DNA of 64,000 nucleotides from Octopus bimaculoides (GCF_001194135.2 NC_068988.1:19609013-19673012), one strand, 5' to 3'. Shown: positions 1 through 13,188, counted from the stretch's first letter. Notes: generated by a model from the letters alone, not told the origin. A program made the numbers and translations.

Positions 1-213
1 CAATCGCCCTCCAAAAATCATCACTACCACTATCATCACTAAACACACCACCGCCACCGCCATTAACACCAACTTTGAATACCAACAGAACAATAACCAT
101 ATTTTCAGAATCACAAAATCCCCGCAGAGCTAACAGTATTTGAGCCATCAAAATAACGTCAACTTTTAGGTTGTACCCTGTGAAATTCGTAGTTTAGCGT
201 CTGATCTGTTCAT

Positions 214-282
214 TGTAGGTTTCTAAATAAACAGAAATACCTAATTTGACTGTAGGTTGCTAAATAAACAGAAATGCCTAAT
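214..282. repeat. Local tandem duplication, 32-bp unit, period 37
   Basis: tgtaggtttctaaataaacagaaatacctaat (214-245) vs tgtaggttgctaaataaacagaaatgcctaat (251-282), 2 mismatches. Confidence 0.85.
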
Positions 283-1003
283 AAAATCAACATATATCAT
301 CTTACTGCTTCTTTTGTCTCTTCATCGTGTGGGTATGTGAACAGGAGGCGTCTGTCTCCAAAACACTAAAGTTGGGCAACGTTTTCTGGCTTGGATTTGT
401 AAACTATGATAAGAATAACACTGTTCAACAAAGAATTTGTCCCAAGGAAAAAAATACCTGTATCTTATACGTTTTTGCATGCAGAATTAAAAAATAATGT
501 TAAATTATCTGTATCACCCACAGTTTCTCTGTTCCTCGATATCCCTCTCAGTTCCTGTTATGTGGGCTAAATTTCGGTTTAGCTGTTGAAATCTGAAGCT
601 AATGGTTTATGAAATACTCCTAATTAAAATTTTTTAATGAATAGAATTAACCTAGTGAAATCATAAATCCATCCGAGTCAATGAGTCCCCAAAATATATG
701 AAATGAAAAATATATAAAAATACTAATACACAGAAGAGGTACAGAATAATACTAACACACAGAAGCACAGACAAATATGTAATATACTAACAGACAGAAT
801 AATTAAAACCAAACACGCGGGTAAAAAGAATTTCGTGGTTTGAGGAATCAATTGTGAAAAATTAACAGACAACAGCAGCACAGACAATAGTGAACCACAA
901 CAGAGCGTGTGGCCGTCATGGTAACAAGCTGCTAATACAACACTGTCTGTTGATTGGCTAAAATTACCCAAATTTCTCAAATTTAATTCCAAATAACATC
1001 AGA

Positions 1004-1304
1004 TTACTCTTTTACACTTTTTTTACTCTTTTACTTCTTTCAGTCATTTGACTGCGGCCATGCTGGAGCACCGCCTTTAGTCGAGCAAATCGACCCCAGA
1101 ACTTATTCTTTGTAAGCCTAGTACTTATTCTATCGATCTTTGGCCGAACCGCTAAGCTACGGGGACGTAAACACACCAGCATCGGTTGTCAAGCGATGTT
1201 GGGGGGACAAACAGACAGACACACAAATNNNNNNNNNNNNNNNNNNNNNNNNNNNNNNNNNNNNNNNNNNNNNNNNNNNNNNNNNNNNNNNNNNNNNNNN
1301 NNNN

Positions 1305-1354
<50 letters not shown>

Positions 1355-1617
1355 GAGAATATACGAAAAAACAACAACAGACGAGGACAGGTGGTGTAAA
1401 TAACAAAAGAATGTATTAGTATGACGCTATATATATATATATATAGAAATATACGACGGTCTTCTTTCAGTTTCCATCTACCAAATCCGCTCACAAGGCT
1501 TTGGTCGGCCCGAGGCTATAGTAGAAAAACACCTGCCCAAGGTGCCACGTAGTGGGACTGAACCCGGAACGATGTAGTTGGTAAGCAAGCTAGTTACCAC
1601 ACAGCCACTCCAGCGCC
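1004..1617 (-). mobile_element. tRNA-derived SINE, family A, near full length
   Basis: Minus-strand head with A-box-like TGGCTGTGTGG and B-box-like GGGTTCAGTCCC, CORE-like ggcaccttgggcaggtgt, internal (TA/CA)n, GAGTAAAA-type tail; matches copies at 2078, 21350, 28149. Confidence 0.9.
1353..1428 (-). mobile_element. Fragment of short Penelope-like element (family D) nested in the SINE A internal microsatellite
   Basis: Reverse complement matches 30220-30294 with 3 substitutions and 1 indel. Confidence 0.75.
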
Positions 1618-2077
1618 CTACATTCTTTAATTTACAAGATGAAGTAATTGGTTGATCGTAATCAAAATTACGGTTGCATCGATACACCAAAATTGAAAGC
1701 AATCTGTGCAAAATTAATGGGGGAGGGCTCATTTTGCGAATGAGAAAGACTAGATCTACAATTGCTCTGAACATCCCCAGCAGTGTCTGTGCGGGGCAAT
1801 ACATTTCTATTGTTTATATCAGTTCTCTTCCGAGTCTATAAGAGACAAAATGGGTTTATGATCAAATGAGCTTGATTGTAGGTATGCCCGTTAATGGTTG
1901 ACCTGGGGCCAAACATCAACAGTAACTTTGCTAATCTCCAGCAGCTGCAATGGTGTACTGCTACATCAACTAAACTGTATCCATTCTCTCTTTTACTCCT
2001 ACCACAACACTAATACCGCCACTCTAGCTATCGTTATCAATCGAACACAAGTAACAATTCCAACATCCATACATACA

Positions 2078-2328
2078 TGTGTGTGTGTGTACGTTTTTGT
2101 GTCTGTGTTTGTGCCCCCACCATCGCTTAACAACATATATTGGTGCGTTTACGTCCCCGTAACTTAGCGGTTCGGCGAAAACCGAATAAGTAATAAGTAA
2201 TAGGCTTCCAAGTAAGAATGAGTTATAGGCTTCCAAAGAATAAGTCCTGGGGTCGATTTGTTCGACTAAAGGCGCTGCTCCAGCATGGCCCCAGTCAAAT
2301 GACAAACAAAAAAAAGAATAAAAGAGTA
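2078..2328 (+). mobile_element. SINE family A, 3' half
   Basis: tttacgtccccgtaacttagcggttcggc...ctggggtcgatttgttcgactaaaggcgctgctccagcatggcc...aaagagta; small internal duplication of taggcttcca. Confidence 0.9.
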
Positions 2329-2399
2329 GTACGTATACTGTTGCAACCTCCAGTGCCATGGTTGCAACAAGAGTACGTGTGCCATCTCCGCGAGTCACA

Positions 2400-2830
2400 C
2401 ACCAGCACAAACCATCATAATCTACATATCCGATATCATTGGCGCCAACGCCAACACCTACACCTACCCCTACACCTACACCACCATGATCTCCCACACT
2501 CGCCACTAAGCAATCATCATCGCCATTCTCATCATCACCATAGTCTTCATTATTCTCATCGATATCAGCATCGGAGCTAATAAGCACCACCAACAAAACC
2601 ATCTCAGCCATCATCATCGCCAGTGCCACGACTACGAACACTGCCACCTCCAATAACAACAACAACAACGGCGACAATAATAACAACAAGAACACCAGTG
2701 AGAGGAACAACAAGAAGACTCGTCCCCCCCACACACACACACTACCTACCACAAAGCACAACATCAAAAACACCATCACCAATATCAACACTGCAACCGC
2801 GGCTGCTACCGCTTGCCGCCGCTTGCCGCC
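2400..2830. repeat. Degenerate CAC/CAT/CAA trinucleotide low-complexity tract
   Basis: Interspersed cac/cat/caa/aac runs; source of the spurious His-, Thr- and Val/Leu-rich ORFs. Confidence 0.8.
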
Positions 2831-3493
2831 GATNNNNNNNNNNNNNNNNNNNNNNNNNNNNNNNNNNNNNNNNNNNNNNNNNNNNNNNNNNNNNNNNNNN
2901 NNNNNNNNNNNNNNNNNNNNNNNNNNNNNNNNNNNNNNNNNNNNNNNNNNNNNNNNNNNNNNNNNNNNNNNNNNNNNNNNNNNNNNNNNNNNNNNNNNNN
3001 NNNNNNNNNNNNNNNNNNNNNNNNNNNNNNNNNNNNNNNNNNNNNNNNNNNNNNNNNNNNNNNNNNNNNNNNNNNNNNNNNNNNNNNNNNNNNNNNNNNN
3101 NNNNNNNNNNNNNNNNNNNNNNNNNNNNNNNNNNNNNNNNNNNNNNNNNNNNNNNNNNNNNNNNNNNNNNNNNNNNNNNNNNNNNNNNNNNNNNNNNNNN
3201 NNNNNNNNNNNNNNNNNNNNNNNNNNNNNNNNNNNNNNNNNNNNNNNNNNNNNNNNNNNNNNNNNNNNNNNNNNNNNNNNNNNNNNNNNNNNNNNNNNNN
3301 NNNNNNNNNNNNNNNNNNNNNNNNNNNNNNNNNNNNNNNNNNNNNNNNNNNNNNNNNNNNNNNNNNNNNNNNNNNNNNNNNNNNNNNNNNNNNNNATCTT
3401 TCATCTTTTTTTTTCTGCAGCCCAATCTACTGATCTGTGAAAGTTCCATTTTACTAAAATAATGATAGAAATTCGAAAAGCAGTAGACAACAA

Positions 3494-3533
3494 AATAATA
3501 ATAATAATGATGATGATAATAATAATAATGATG

Positions 3534-3608
<75 letters not shown>
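3494..3608. repeat. (TAA)n/(TGA)n microsatellite
   Basis: Direct reading. Confidence 0.95.
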
Positions 3609-3609
<1 letters not shown>

Positions 3610-4134
3610 GACACCTAAAGGAAACCACTAAAACAAAATACATCAAGTGTCCAACACAACCCAGCTAAATTTGAGTGGAAGTAAAGGCATTTCAATTTCC
3701 TTGTGTATGGCAAAATACTCCCACATTATAATATTATAATATTTGTTTTGGAGTTGTTTTTGTTGTTGATTCAATTTATGCGTGATTCTCTCTTTCTTCT
3801 TGTGTAATTTTTACGCTTCTATTCTATTTTTGTTCCTTTGTCTGTTTGTTCATTTGTTAGACATTATTCTCTTGGATTTTGCTTTTAATCCGACATGATG
3901 ATGCAGACGTCGAGAATGATGAAGAGGTTGAAGTCGATGTTTGGGGTAACTGATATTGGCATACCGTTTGATATTTGGGATATTTGCTGGCGTGGCAAGT
4001 GTACAGACTGTTTGATATTGCGCATTATATTACTGGTACTTAGTATGTTGGCGAGAAGTAGTCTAAAGCTCACTTGCTCGCATCAGAAGTGATTCATGTA
4101 TGTGCATGTGTGTTTATATATATATATAATATAG

Positions 4135-4300
4135 ATTTAATCAAAAGATTCAATGTGGTACTTAAAATGTTTGAGTCACCAGGGTTTGGTAGGGTGAAAA
4201 CCCAAAACAAAATCAAGAGATTTGGTGAATAAAATTTGAAGAAAAGTAACAAAAATTCAATAGGTCATAGCAGTCCGTACGTTTCGTACAAATTAAGTTT
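4135..4300 (-). mobile_element. Probable Penelope-like terminal repeat with partial hammerhead motif, truncated by assembly gap
   Basis: Minus strand reads aaa-cttaa-ttt-gtac-GAAA-CGTA-cggac at the gap edge, followed by an AT-rich stretch ending in (TA)n. Confidence 0.4.
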
Positions 4301-5124
4301 NNNNNNNNNNNNNNNNNNNNNNNNNNNNNNNNNNNNNNNNNNNNNNNNNNNNNNNNNNNNNNNNNNNNNNNNNNNNNNNNNNNNNNNNNNNNNNNNNNNN
4401 NNNNNNNNNNNNNNNNNNNNNNNNNNNNNNNNNNNNNNNNNNNNNNNNNNNNNNNNNNNNNNNNNNNNNNNNNNNNNNNNNNNNNNNNNNNNNNNNNNNN
4501 NNNNNNNNNNNNNNNNNNNNNNNNNNNNNNNNNNNNNNNNNNNNNNNNNNNNNNNNNNNNNNNNNNNNNNNNNNNNNNNNNNNNNNNNNNNNNNNNNNNN
4601 NNNNNNNNNNNNNNNNNNNNNNNNNNNNNNNNNNNNNNNNNNNNNNNNNNNNNNNNNNNNNNNNNNNNNNNNNNNNNNNNNNNNNNNNNNNNNNNNNNNN
4701 NNNNNNNNNNNNNNNNNNNNNNNNNNNNNNNNNNNNNNNNNNNNNNNNNNNNNNNNNNNNNNNNNNNNNNNNNNNNNNNNNNNNNNNNNNNNNNNNNNNN
4801 NNNNNNNNNNNNNNNNNNNNNNNNNNNNNNNNNNNNNNNNNNNNNNNNNNNNNNNNNNNNNNNNNNNNNNNNNNNNNNNNNNNNNNNNNNNNNNNNNNNN
4901 NNNNNNNNNNNNNNNNNNNNNNNNNNNNNNNNNNNNNNNNNNNNNNNNNNNNNNNNNNNNNNNNNNNNNNNNNNNNNNNNNNNNNNNNNNNNNNNNNNNN
5001 NNNNNNNNNNNNNNNNNNTATATATATATATGTATGTATGTGTGTGTGTGCGTGTGTGTGTGTACATATATGTATGTATATATGCATATATATATACACA
5101 TATATATATTATTTATATTATAAT

Positions 5125-5184
5125 ATTCTTTTACTCTTTTACTTGTTTCAGTCATTTGACTGCTGCCATGTTGAAGCCACCGCC
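5125..5184 (-). mobile_element. SINE family A, 3' tail fragment
   Basis: ttactcttttacttgtttcagtcatttgactgctgccatg matches the family A tail. Confidence 0.85.
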
Positions 5185-5390
5185 AAGGCAGCAGAGACGA
5201 TCGGTTATATATTAGGGATACAGTGGAGTAGGACCATCGTAGTTTATGTGTCGCTCTGTGCCTTGCGTCAGGCGTTCCCCTGTGGCAATATTCTTCTAAC
5301 TGTTGTAACTTGACTACTGATGGTCGGGATCCCGTGCAACTCTCTGAAAATCACGGCAGCTCATGCATGATAACCTTGAGTACACACATA

Positions 5391-5607
5391 CGAGGAAGTG
5401 CTGAAAAATTCCTGGCGTTAAGGGTGTCGCGAAAAGCCTGGCTGGAGACCCAATCTTCGAAGTTCTTTTACAAGGCTTAGAAAAACTGAAGGACCGCTGT
5501 AGTTAGTATGTGAATTTGAGAGAGGAATAAGTGGAATAAAAATCATAAATAGCTGATTCTCCTGTATTTTCTTTTATCCAAAGCCAGAACTTTTCAGCAC
5601 CACCTCG
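5391..5607. mobile_element. Mariner-derived MITE (217 bp) with TIRs and TA target duplication
   Basis: TA|cgaggaagtgctgaaaaattcctggc ... gccagaacttttcagcaccacctcg|TA; interior translates to a decayed mariner C-terminus (FLQGLEKLKDRCS*YVNLREE*VE*). Confidence 0.85.
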
Positions 5608-5610
5608 TAA

Positions 5611-5824
5611 TACTGGTTTCGACTTTTGTCACAGAGCTAGCAATTTTGGTGGATGGGTAAGTCGGTTACATCTACTCCAGTATTCAACTGATACTTAGTT
5701 TATTGACCCAGAAAGGTTGAAGGCAAAGTCAACCTCGGAGGAATTTGCACTCAGAACTTGAAAACAGACGAAATACTGCTAAACATTTAGCCCGGCGTTC
5801 TCACGATTCTTCTAGCAGACTGCC
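5611..5824 (-). mobile_element. SINE family C, diverged
   Basis: Reverse complement contains gaatcgtgagaacgccgggctaaatgtttagcagtatttcgtctg and gttgactttgccttcaacctttc. Confidence 0.8.
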
Positions 5825-7437
5825 ATGAATACACATAATTTTGGACTGCCGTTCACTTTCCGGATGTCGTTCGTTCTTTTACAGGTTCCATTTTTTTTTA
5901 TCCCACAGTATGTTCCGTAATGATCTTCTATTCTGAGAAGGCTCGTAGATGTTAGTTAAGTCACCCCAGACGACCTACCAGTTTAATACACAAATATTTC
6001 TAATGATAATTTCCTTGTATTAGACCCCCGTTGTAAGAAGGGAGCGTGGGTAGATTATAGTCAATAAAATCAACTGCGGTTTGATCACTGCTGAAATGTC
6101 TTGGATCATAAAATTGCTCACTCACTGTTGTCTTGTGGTAAAACAAAAGTAATAGTAACTCGATGAGATTACGCATAGAGAAATAAAAGATAGAATGAAA
6201 AAAAAATATATTGTAAAATATTAAAGCTTCTATAGAAGTCCAACCTCTATTCAAGGGATTTAATAAATGAGAACACATCATCAATTGCCATCGTGTGTTA
6301 TAATGCTGGAACAGTGAACAAGAGGGAAGATGAAATAGAAGTGCTGCACAATTCTCTCAATCTACTGCCCGAGAAATAATGTTTGTAATAAGGTGGAGGA
6401 GTTAAGTTGATCAGTTCGATCACAGGTCTTAAAATCTATTTTATTTTATTGAAACTGGAAAGATGAATAGCAAAATAGACTTAGGAAGGTTTTGAACTTA
6501 GAACTTAAGGGAGATAGAAAACGTATAGGAAAGCATTTTTCCGAGTCTCTACCGTTGGTGCCAATGAAAAAGAACAAGATAAAAATAAAAGCAAATGGAG
6601 AACTAATCAGTGAAGGTAAACTACTATTGTAACATATTCTGTTTGAAAGCAAATTCTCTCACAATAAAGAGGAATAAATGGAAATGAGAAGCAAAATGAA
6701 AGAACGAATTGGAAGACAGTTGCAGCAAAATGTAAAAGATGGAAGATGAAAAAATTGGTAGAATGAAAATGATGAGCCTGAATAGAATAGAAAATGAGTG
6801 AGATATAGATAAAATGAATCTGCAAGTTAGAAGATAGAATGCGTGGAAATAAAGTAGGTCAAAGAAGTTATAGAAAAGAATAGATGAGTTTAAATCATAC
6901 AGAATAGATAGGAAGATGTGCTAGGCACAAACTAGAGTTAAAAAGTAAGAAAAAACTAGAGAGAGAAATGAAATGAAAGAGGAGGAGAAAGTAACTGGCA
7001 GAAATAGCAAAAACAGAAACGAAAAGAAGAGATCTAATATGTCAAGTAAAAAGAGGCAAGTAGGAATGGAAATGAATTTGAAAGAAAATTTGGAATATGG
7101 AAAATGGAAGCTTAAAGAAAAAAAAAAGAATTATGATGAAAATCGAAATGGAGGGATAAAGAAACCATGAGGAGAGTCTTGTACCGGTGCTACACGAAAA
7201 ATCACAGAGAAATGGAGAAAAGTAATAAAGTGTATGTGAATGTATTTGTATGTGTGTTAGTGTGTGAGTGTGTATGCTTATGTTGTGAATTTTACGTGCA
7301 TACTTCTCTATGTATGGATACGTTGTCACAAACAATGGGAAAAAGAGATTGTTGAGCAAAATCAAACAGTAACGCCGGAAGGCAGTACAAGAGAGATGGT
7401 GGTGAGAATAATAAAACAATGCACAGAGAGAAAGACT

Positions 7438-7439
7438 CA

Positions 7440-7533
<94 letters not shown>

Positions 7534-7562
7534 TTGAGGCACAGAGAGCGAGTGAGAGAGAT
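7438..7562. repeat. Compound microsatellite (TG)n(AG)n(ACAG)n
   Basis: Direct reading. Confidence 0.95.
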
Positions 7563-8055
7563 AGAAAGACAGAGAAAGTGTAGGCAGGCGTATCTAAACC
7601 CAAATGAGAGGTAAAGAGAGAAAAACAAAGCGGAAGAGACTGAAATGGCAACAAAGATTGTTGAAGACAGATGTTATGATATAGCAAAGGAAGGTTATGT
7701 GAAATTGCCGACCAAGATATTAATTCGCGCCAGAAATCTTAAACATTAACTGAACAATTTTCTTTCCGGAACAAAAAGGATGTTTCATAGAAGGCATCTA
7801 TTGTGTATGTTTAGCACCGTAATGTCAAATTTACTAACAGATGTATTGAGAGAGTTTTGCGAATCCATTATGAAAATGTAGCCATAGTTACAACTGAGCG
7901 TTATCATGATTCATATGTTCATTAGAATACTGTGGGAGAAAGAATCACGAATTAGTTGTGATTAATTAGAGTAGATTTACATGAAGAAAAACGTGCTTGC
8001 GTGCACCGTTAGACACTTAATTTATTTTTCAAAATTTTAGATAAATAAGTTCTTT

Positions 8056-8891
8056 TTAATCTAAAATATACTCTTCTTCATTTTCTACTCTGCTCTTCCA
8101 TCTATCTGGTAGAGTTGCAAGGCCCCTCTTCCAAAATTTACTTGATGTGGTGAAAAATACTCCTCCTGTACTGTTTTAACCTCGTGTACAGAATTCATGT
8201 TTATCCGTCTAAATGATTTTCAAGACCAAAGAATAAATGAATATCAGACGGGTCAATGTCCGGCGAATATAGTGGGTAGAGAATCGTTTCCCATTCAAAC
8301 TGTTCCAGCCTTTGGAATGTCATCCTCACCGTATGTGGCCTAATAGAAGAACACCTTCCGTCTTGAAGTCAAAAATGGTCGTTTTTCTTCTCGCGCTGGT
8401 GTCGATGACTGATTGATTGACCAAGTCACAAGCCTTTTTGCTAGTTCCTCAAAGTTACGATGGGATTTTTTTTTCCACCAGTGTTTGCAGGACATCCTCG
8501 TAAAGCACTACAGATCTTCCAGGACGAGCCTCGTCGTCTTGGCTGTAGATTCCGGTAATGAATTTCTGAAACCACCGTTGACACTGGCTTACACTTATTG
8601 TCAGATCCCCATATACTGCATTAATATTCCTCGCACTTTCTGTTGCATTGTTGCCTTTATTGAACACAGAGCAAAATATGCCGAATATGCTTCTTTGTCA
8701 CTTTTGTTGCAAGTTTGAGAAGATAACGGTTTAAATCGAATTTCTCTGTTCAACACTAGCACTAAGAATAAAAACGAAGGTAAAATTACTACTTGTTTTT
8801 ATAGCAAGTTAATGCAAGTAGTTTATCCCATCCACCTCCGAATTTTAGTTCTTGGAATTTAAAAAACCGCATTATTTATGGGATGCCCCAC
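8056..8891 (-). pseudogene. Internally deleted mariner element (transposase pseudogene)
   Basis: 5' TIR-like tggggcatcccataaataatgcggtttttt; HTH region FNKGNNATESARNINAVYGDLTISVSQCQRWFQKF...DEARPGRS; C-terminal RPHTVRMTFQRLEQFEW, YSPDIDPSD, GLATLPDRWKSRVENEEEYILD* (stop 8056-8058); frameshifts; first catalytic Asp region absent; 3' TIR not found. Confidence 0.9.
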
Positions 8892-8903
8892 TATATATAT
8901 GTG

Positions 8904-8937
<34 letters not shown>

Positions 8938-8947
8938 AGTGTGCGTT

Positions 8948-9412
<465 letters not shown>

Positions 9413-11080
9413 AAAATCTGTTGCAATGCAGCTGGTGGACGATTGAACATAAATTAGATCAAAGATCTATGTTTTACATTAAAACCATTAATAATCCGGT
9501 GTTTCGAGTGGAAACTGCTTTCTACACAGAATGAGAAGATCTGAAGAACATTTCTGACTTTGTTACAGATTAAACTTGCTATGATATGTTACAGTGATAC
9601 GTTGCTTTGCTTGAACAAAGTAGTATTATTAATTGCCTTGCATAGGATATATATTTAAAGGTTCTTTAGTTATTAATCTAATTGGCATTGGTAGGATTAA
9701 CGACACGTATGTACAAGAAGCGTGTCAAGTGTTTCAATGTATATATACTGTTTTCTGTAACTAGCTGAATAAGTCGTTCTCTTTCAGTATTACTGATTTC
9801 TATTGTCTGATGGGAATACATTTTGTCTGATACGGATCTGTACATTTCCGACATTTCACTCCGCATCTCTGATAGCTACGAAAATTATTTAGATAACGTT
9901 TCACAAGTGAAAGGGAAGCTGTTGTTTGATTCGGGGTAAAGCTCTCTTAGTTGATTCAAATATATAAGAACAGAGTCATGTTGCCAATGTGATATTCATA
10001 GCATATACTCACCCTGTCTGTGAAAAGACTTAACATTGCAACAGCATGTTCGTACTGGAAACTTAGCGACTGGCCGCCGAACATTGGTTTTCATAACAAG
10101 GACGCCATACCTTAAAGATATTCTTGGATGACTTTGCTGCGTATTTAAACCTCATTAACGGATTGGTTGGAAAATTACAACTGTTGTTTTGTTATTGGAA
10201 TTTACAACTTCATGAAACATATACAAGAAAAGTTGTACTGTTTTCTTTCTCAGAATGACTGGCTGTGTCTGTTTCTTAAGCGAAGACTCCCTTAAAGCTT
10301 TGGAACTGTTAGTTATTGGTGGTGTGATTCATATCTTACTGTACCTCTCTTTAATTCAACTCATACCATTTTGAATTTAGACAGTATAAGGAATGACAAG
10401 GATCATGTATCTCCTGTGTTTCTTAGGTCGAACTCCATCATAAAGAAATTCGGAAACGCTTGAACATAATGTAGCCAGTTTAGCCATCAAAAGCAGCAAA
10501 CATTGCTTAACACTAGAACCATATTTATGCTCATCTTCTAGTGCTCAGAGCGCTTAACAGATAATACTCGTGTTCCACATTCATGCATTAGATACAAAAC
10601 TTATTTTGGCTGTGCTACTCCAAAGGTGTCTGCAGATTGCATAAATAAAGCCGCAGTATGTGGCTAGCTTGTCTTCCACAATCTCTTCCCTGTGAACACA
10701 TTAAAATTTTCGGGAAGTTTTCCTGTTCAAATATCTCCTATTCTCTTTTACATTTGCAGGCAGCAAGTGAAGCCTTCAACGTCCGGTCTCAAGACATTGT
10801 ACAAATTCCTCGTCTGATTCGACAGCGTAGATCTCCTTGGCACTGTGGTTTGCCTCTCTGTTTTGGTTTTCCGACGTCTTATATACTGCAGTAATGTGTT
10901 GCTGCTCATCTTCATACATACTAATGTCGCTCAGTTTATATGTAATAATGAAAATAAGTATTCAAATTCATTTAAAATTATAAATCCTCGACTTACAAAG
11001 TCATCTGCAACTTCCTTTGAAAAGATAAGATATCCAGAGCTAAGCCAGACATTTATCACAAGAAGTGTATACATACATAC

Positions 11081-11119
<39 letters not shown>

Positions 11120-13149
11120 NNNNNNNNNNNNNNNNNNNNNNNNNNNNNNNNNNNNNNNNNNNNNNNNNNNNNNNNNNNNNNNNNNNNNNNNNNNNNNNNN
11201 NNNNNNNNNNNNNNNNNNNNNNNNNNNNNNNNNNNNNNNNNNNNNNNNNNNNNNNNNNNNNNNNNNNNNNNNNNNNNNNNNNNNNNNNNNNNNNNNNNNN
11301 NNNNNNNNNNNNNNNNNNNNNNNNNNNNNNNNNNNNNNNNNNNNNNNNNNNNNNNNNNNNNNNNNNNNNNNNNNNNNNNNNNNNNNNNNNNNNNNNNNNN
11401 NNNNNNNNNNNNNNNNNNNNNNNNNNNNNNNNNNNNNNNNNNNNNNNNNNNNNNNNNNNNNNNNNNNNNNNNNNNNNNNNNNNNNNNNNNNNNNNNNNNN
11501 NNNNNNNNNNNNNNNNNNNNNNNNNNNNNNNNNNNNNNNNNNNNNNNNNNNNNNNNNNNNNNNNNNNNNNNNNNNNNNNNNNNNNNNNNNNNNNNNNNNN
11601 NNNNNNNNNNNNNNNNNNNNNNNNNNNNNNNNNNNNNNNNNNNNNNNNNNNNNNNNNNNNNNNNNNNNNNNNNNNNNNNNNNNNATATATATATATATAT
11701 ATATATACATATATACATATGTGTTTGTAAATATATATGTGAACGTTTTTGTGTGTATGAAGGAATATCTTTCACAATGACTTGTCTCTCTATAAAACTA
11801 AATGATGCGATATTGTAATTCCCATTCGAACCTGCGATAACATTTGAAGTCACATAATTAAGAATACGTACTTATACATTTACAATAGATAATTAATGTT
11901 TCAGGCGTTTTCATAAAATGCTTTCGATATTTCCTTTCTGTTCCCAATCATGAAACTCATACAAAACATAATATCTTGGCATTAAAATCCTCTATCTGTA
12001 TATCCATTGGTGAAATGAATAAATTTCTAAAACTATTTCGTTAAATACAGAAAAATAAAAGAATATCTTGTGGTCCATAAATTATGCAGCTTTAGTAGAA
12101 ATCAACGCAGTGGAAGATGTAATCTGCAGGTATGGTTGTTTCTGTCCCAACCAATTTCATTTCCAGAGTATCTAATATACTCTGGAATTGATTACTTGTT
12201 ACTTTATTGGGGGACAGATTTTTTTTTTTTTTACCAAACACTTTATATAATGTTACTTTAATTTTATAAGAGTAATACCTGGATTGACGTAGTTACAGAC
12301 CTCGCACCCATCTATCCACACATATATACGAGGAAAAGCAGTTGTCATCCCTTATACACGTGTAATATAATTATATATATATATATACAAACAGAATGGA
12401 GAAGCGTATGGTAGGTTTAGATATATTGTTTTAGAGCTTCGCCGTTGCTAGAGATATTCAGTATTCAGTGTAAGACAGAAGTTGATATTAATGTAGCTAG
12501 AAAATACAATAACATAACAATAACAAATACGCTATTAGACACAGAAGCAGCTTTTGTAACGGATATTATTTACCACATTTAGATTAACTTAGATATGTTG
12601 TTTATAACGCCTTATACACATGTAAATATTTCCTTTCGTGCATACAACACAGGCTAAAAACCATCGAAACCGTATTATCATTTTGTCAGTACAGAGAAGG
12701 CAAGTATCTTGTATGTAATGGCATCTCTCGGTGTACTAACGGTGATGATTTTTAGCATCGGTCGTCTGTACGAAAAGACATTCTCTCAGGCATTTACAGC
12801 AGTCTATGTAGGGCCGTCTGAATAGCATTGTAGGCTTCCGAGCAAATCAATCCACTGTGCTCTATAGCATTTATTTATTGAGAGCAAGCCACATCATGCA
12901 TAGATCATAATTGAGACCACACATAATTGATCCCCTTGAGCAACCACTCAGTGTGCCCACTCAATAAGACGGTTCTGAGTTTATGGCGTTATAAACAACC
13001 GATCTAATTTAAGTTGGATGAGTTAATTAATAATTAAAAAAATATATCGAAAAGTTACCTGCGCTATATTTAGCTAAACTTGATATCTCAGTTTGAGCAC
13101 CGATTCACAAACTCCTTAGAGAGCAAGAGAGGAAGAGAGAAAGAGAGAG

Positions 13150-13151
13150 AC

Positions 13152-13186
<35 letters not shown>

Positions 13187-13188
13187 AA
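13150..13188. repeat. (GAAA)n microsatellite
   Basis: Direct reading. Confidence 0.9.

Noticed and set aside
330-620. Possible DNA-transposon terminal remnant
   Set aside because: Only a vague resemblance; no partner TIR, TSD or ORF.
2024-2791. 255-aa hydrophobic minus-strand ORF
   Set aside because: Built from degenerate CAC/CAT/CAA repeats plus a SINE A fragment.
9995-10900. Scattered splice-like sites and short ORFs
   Set aside because: No recognisable protein and no coherent exon chain.
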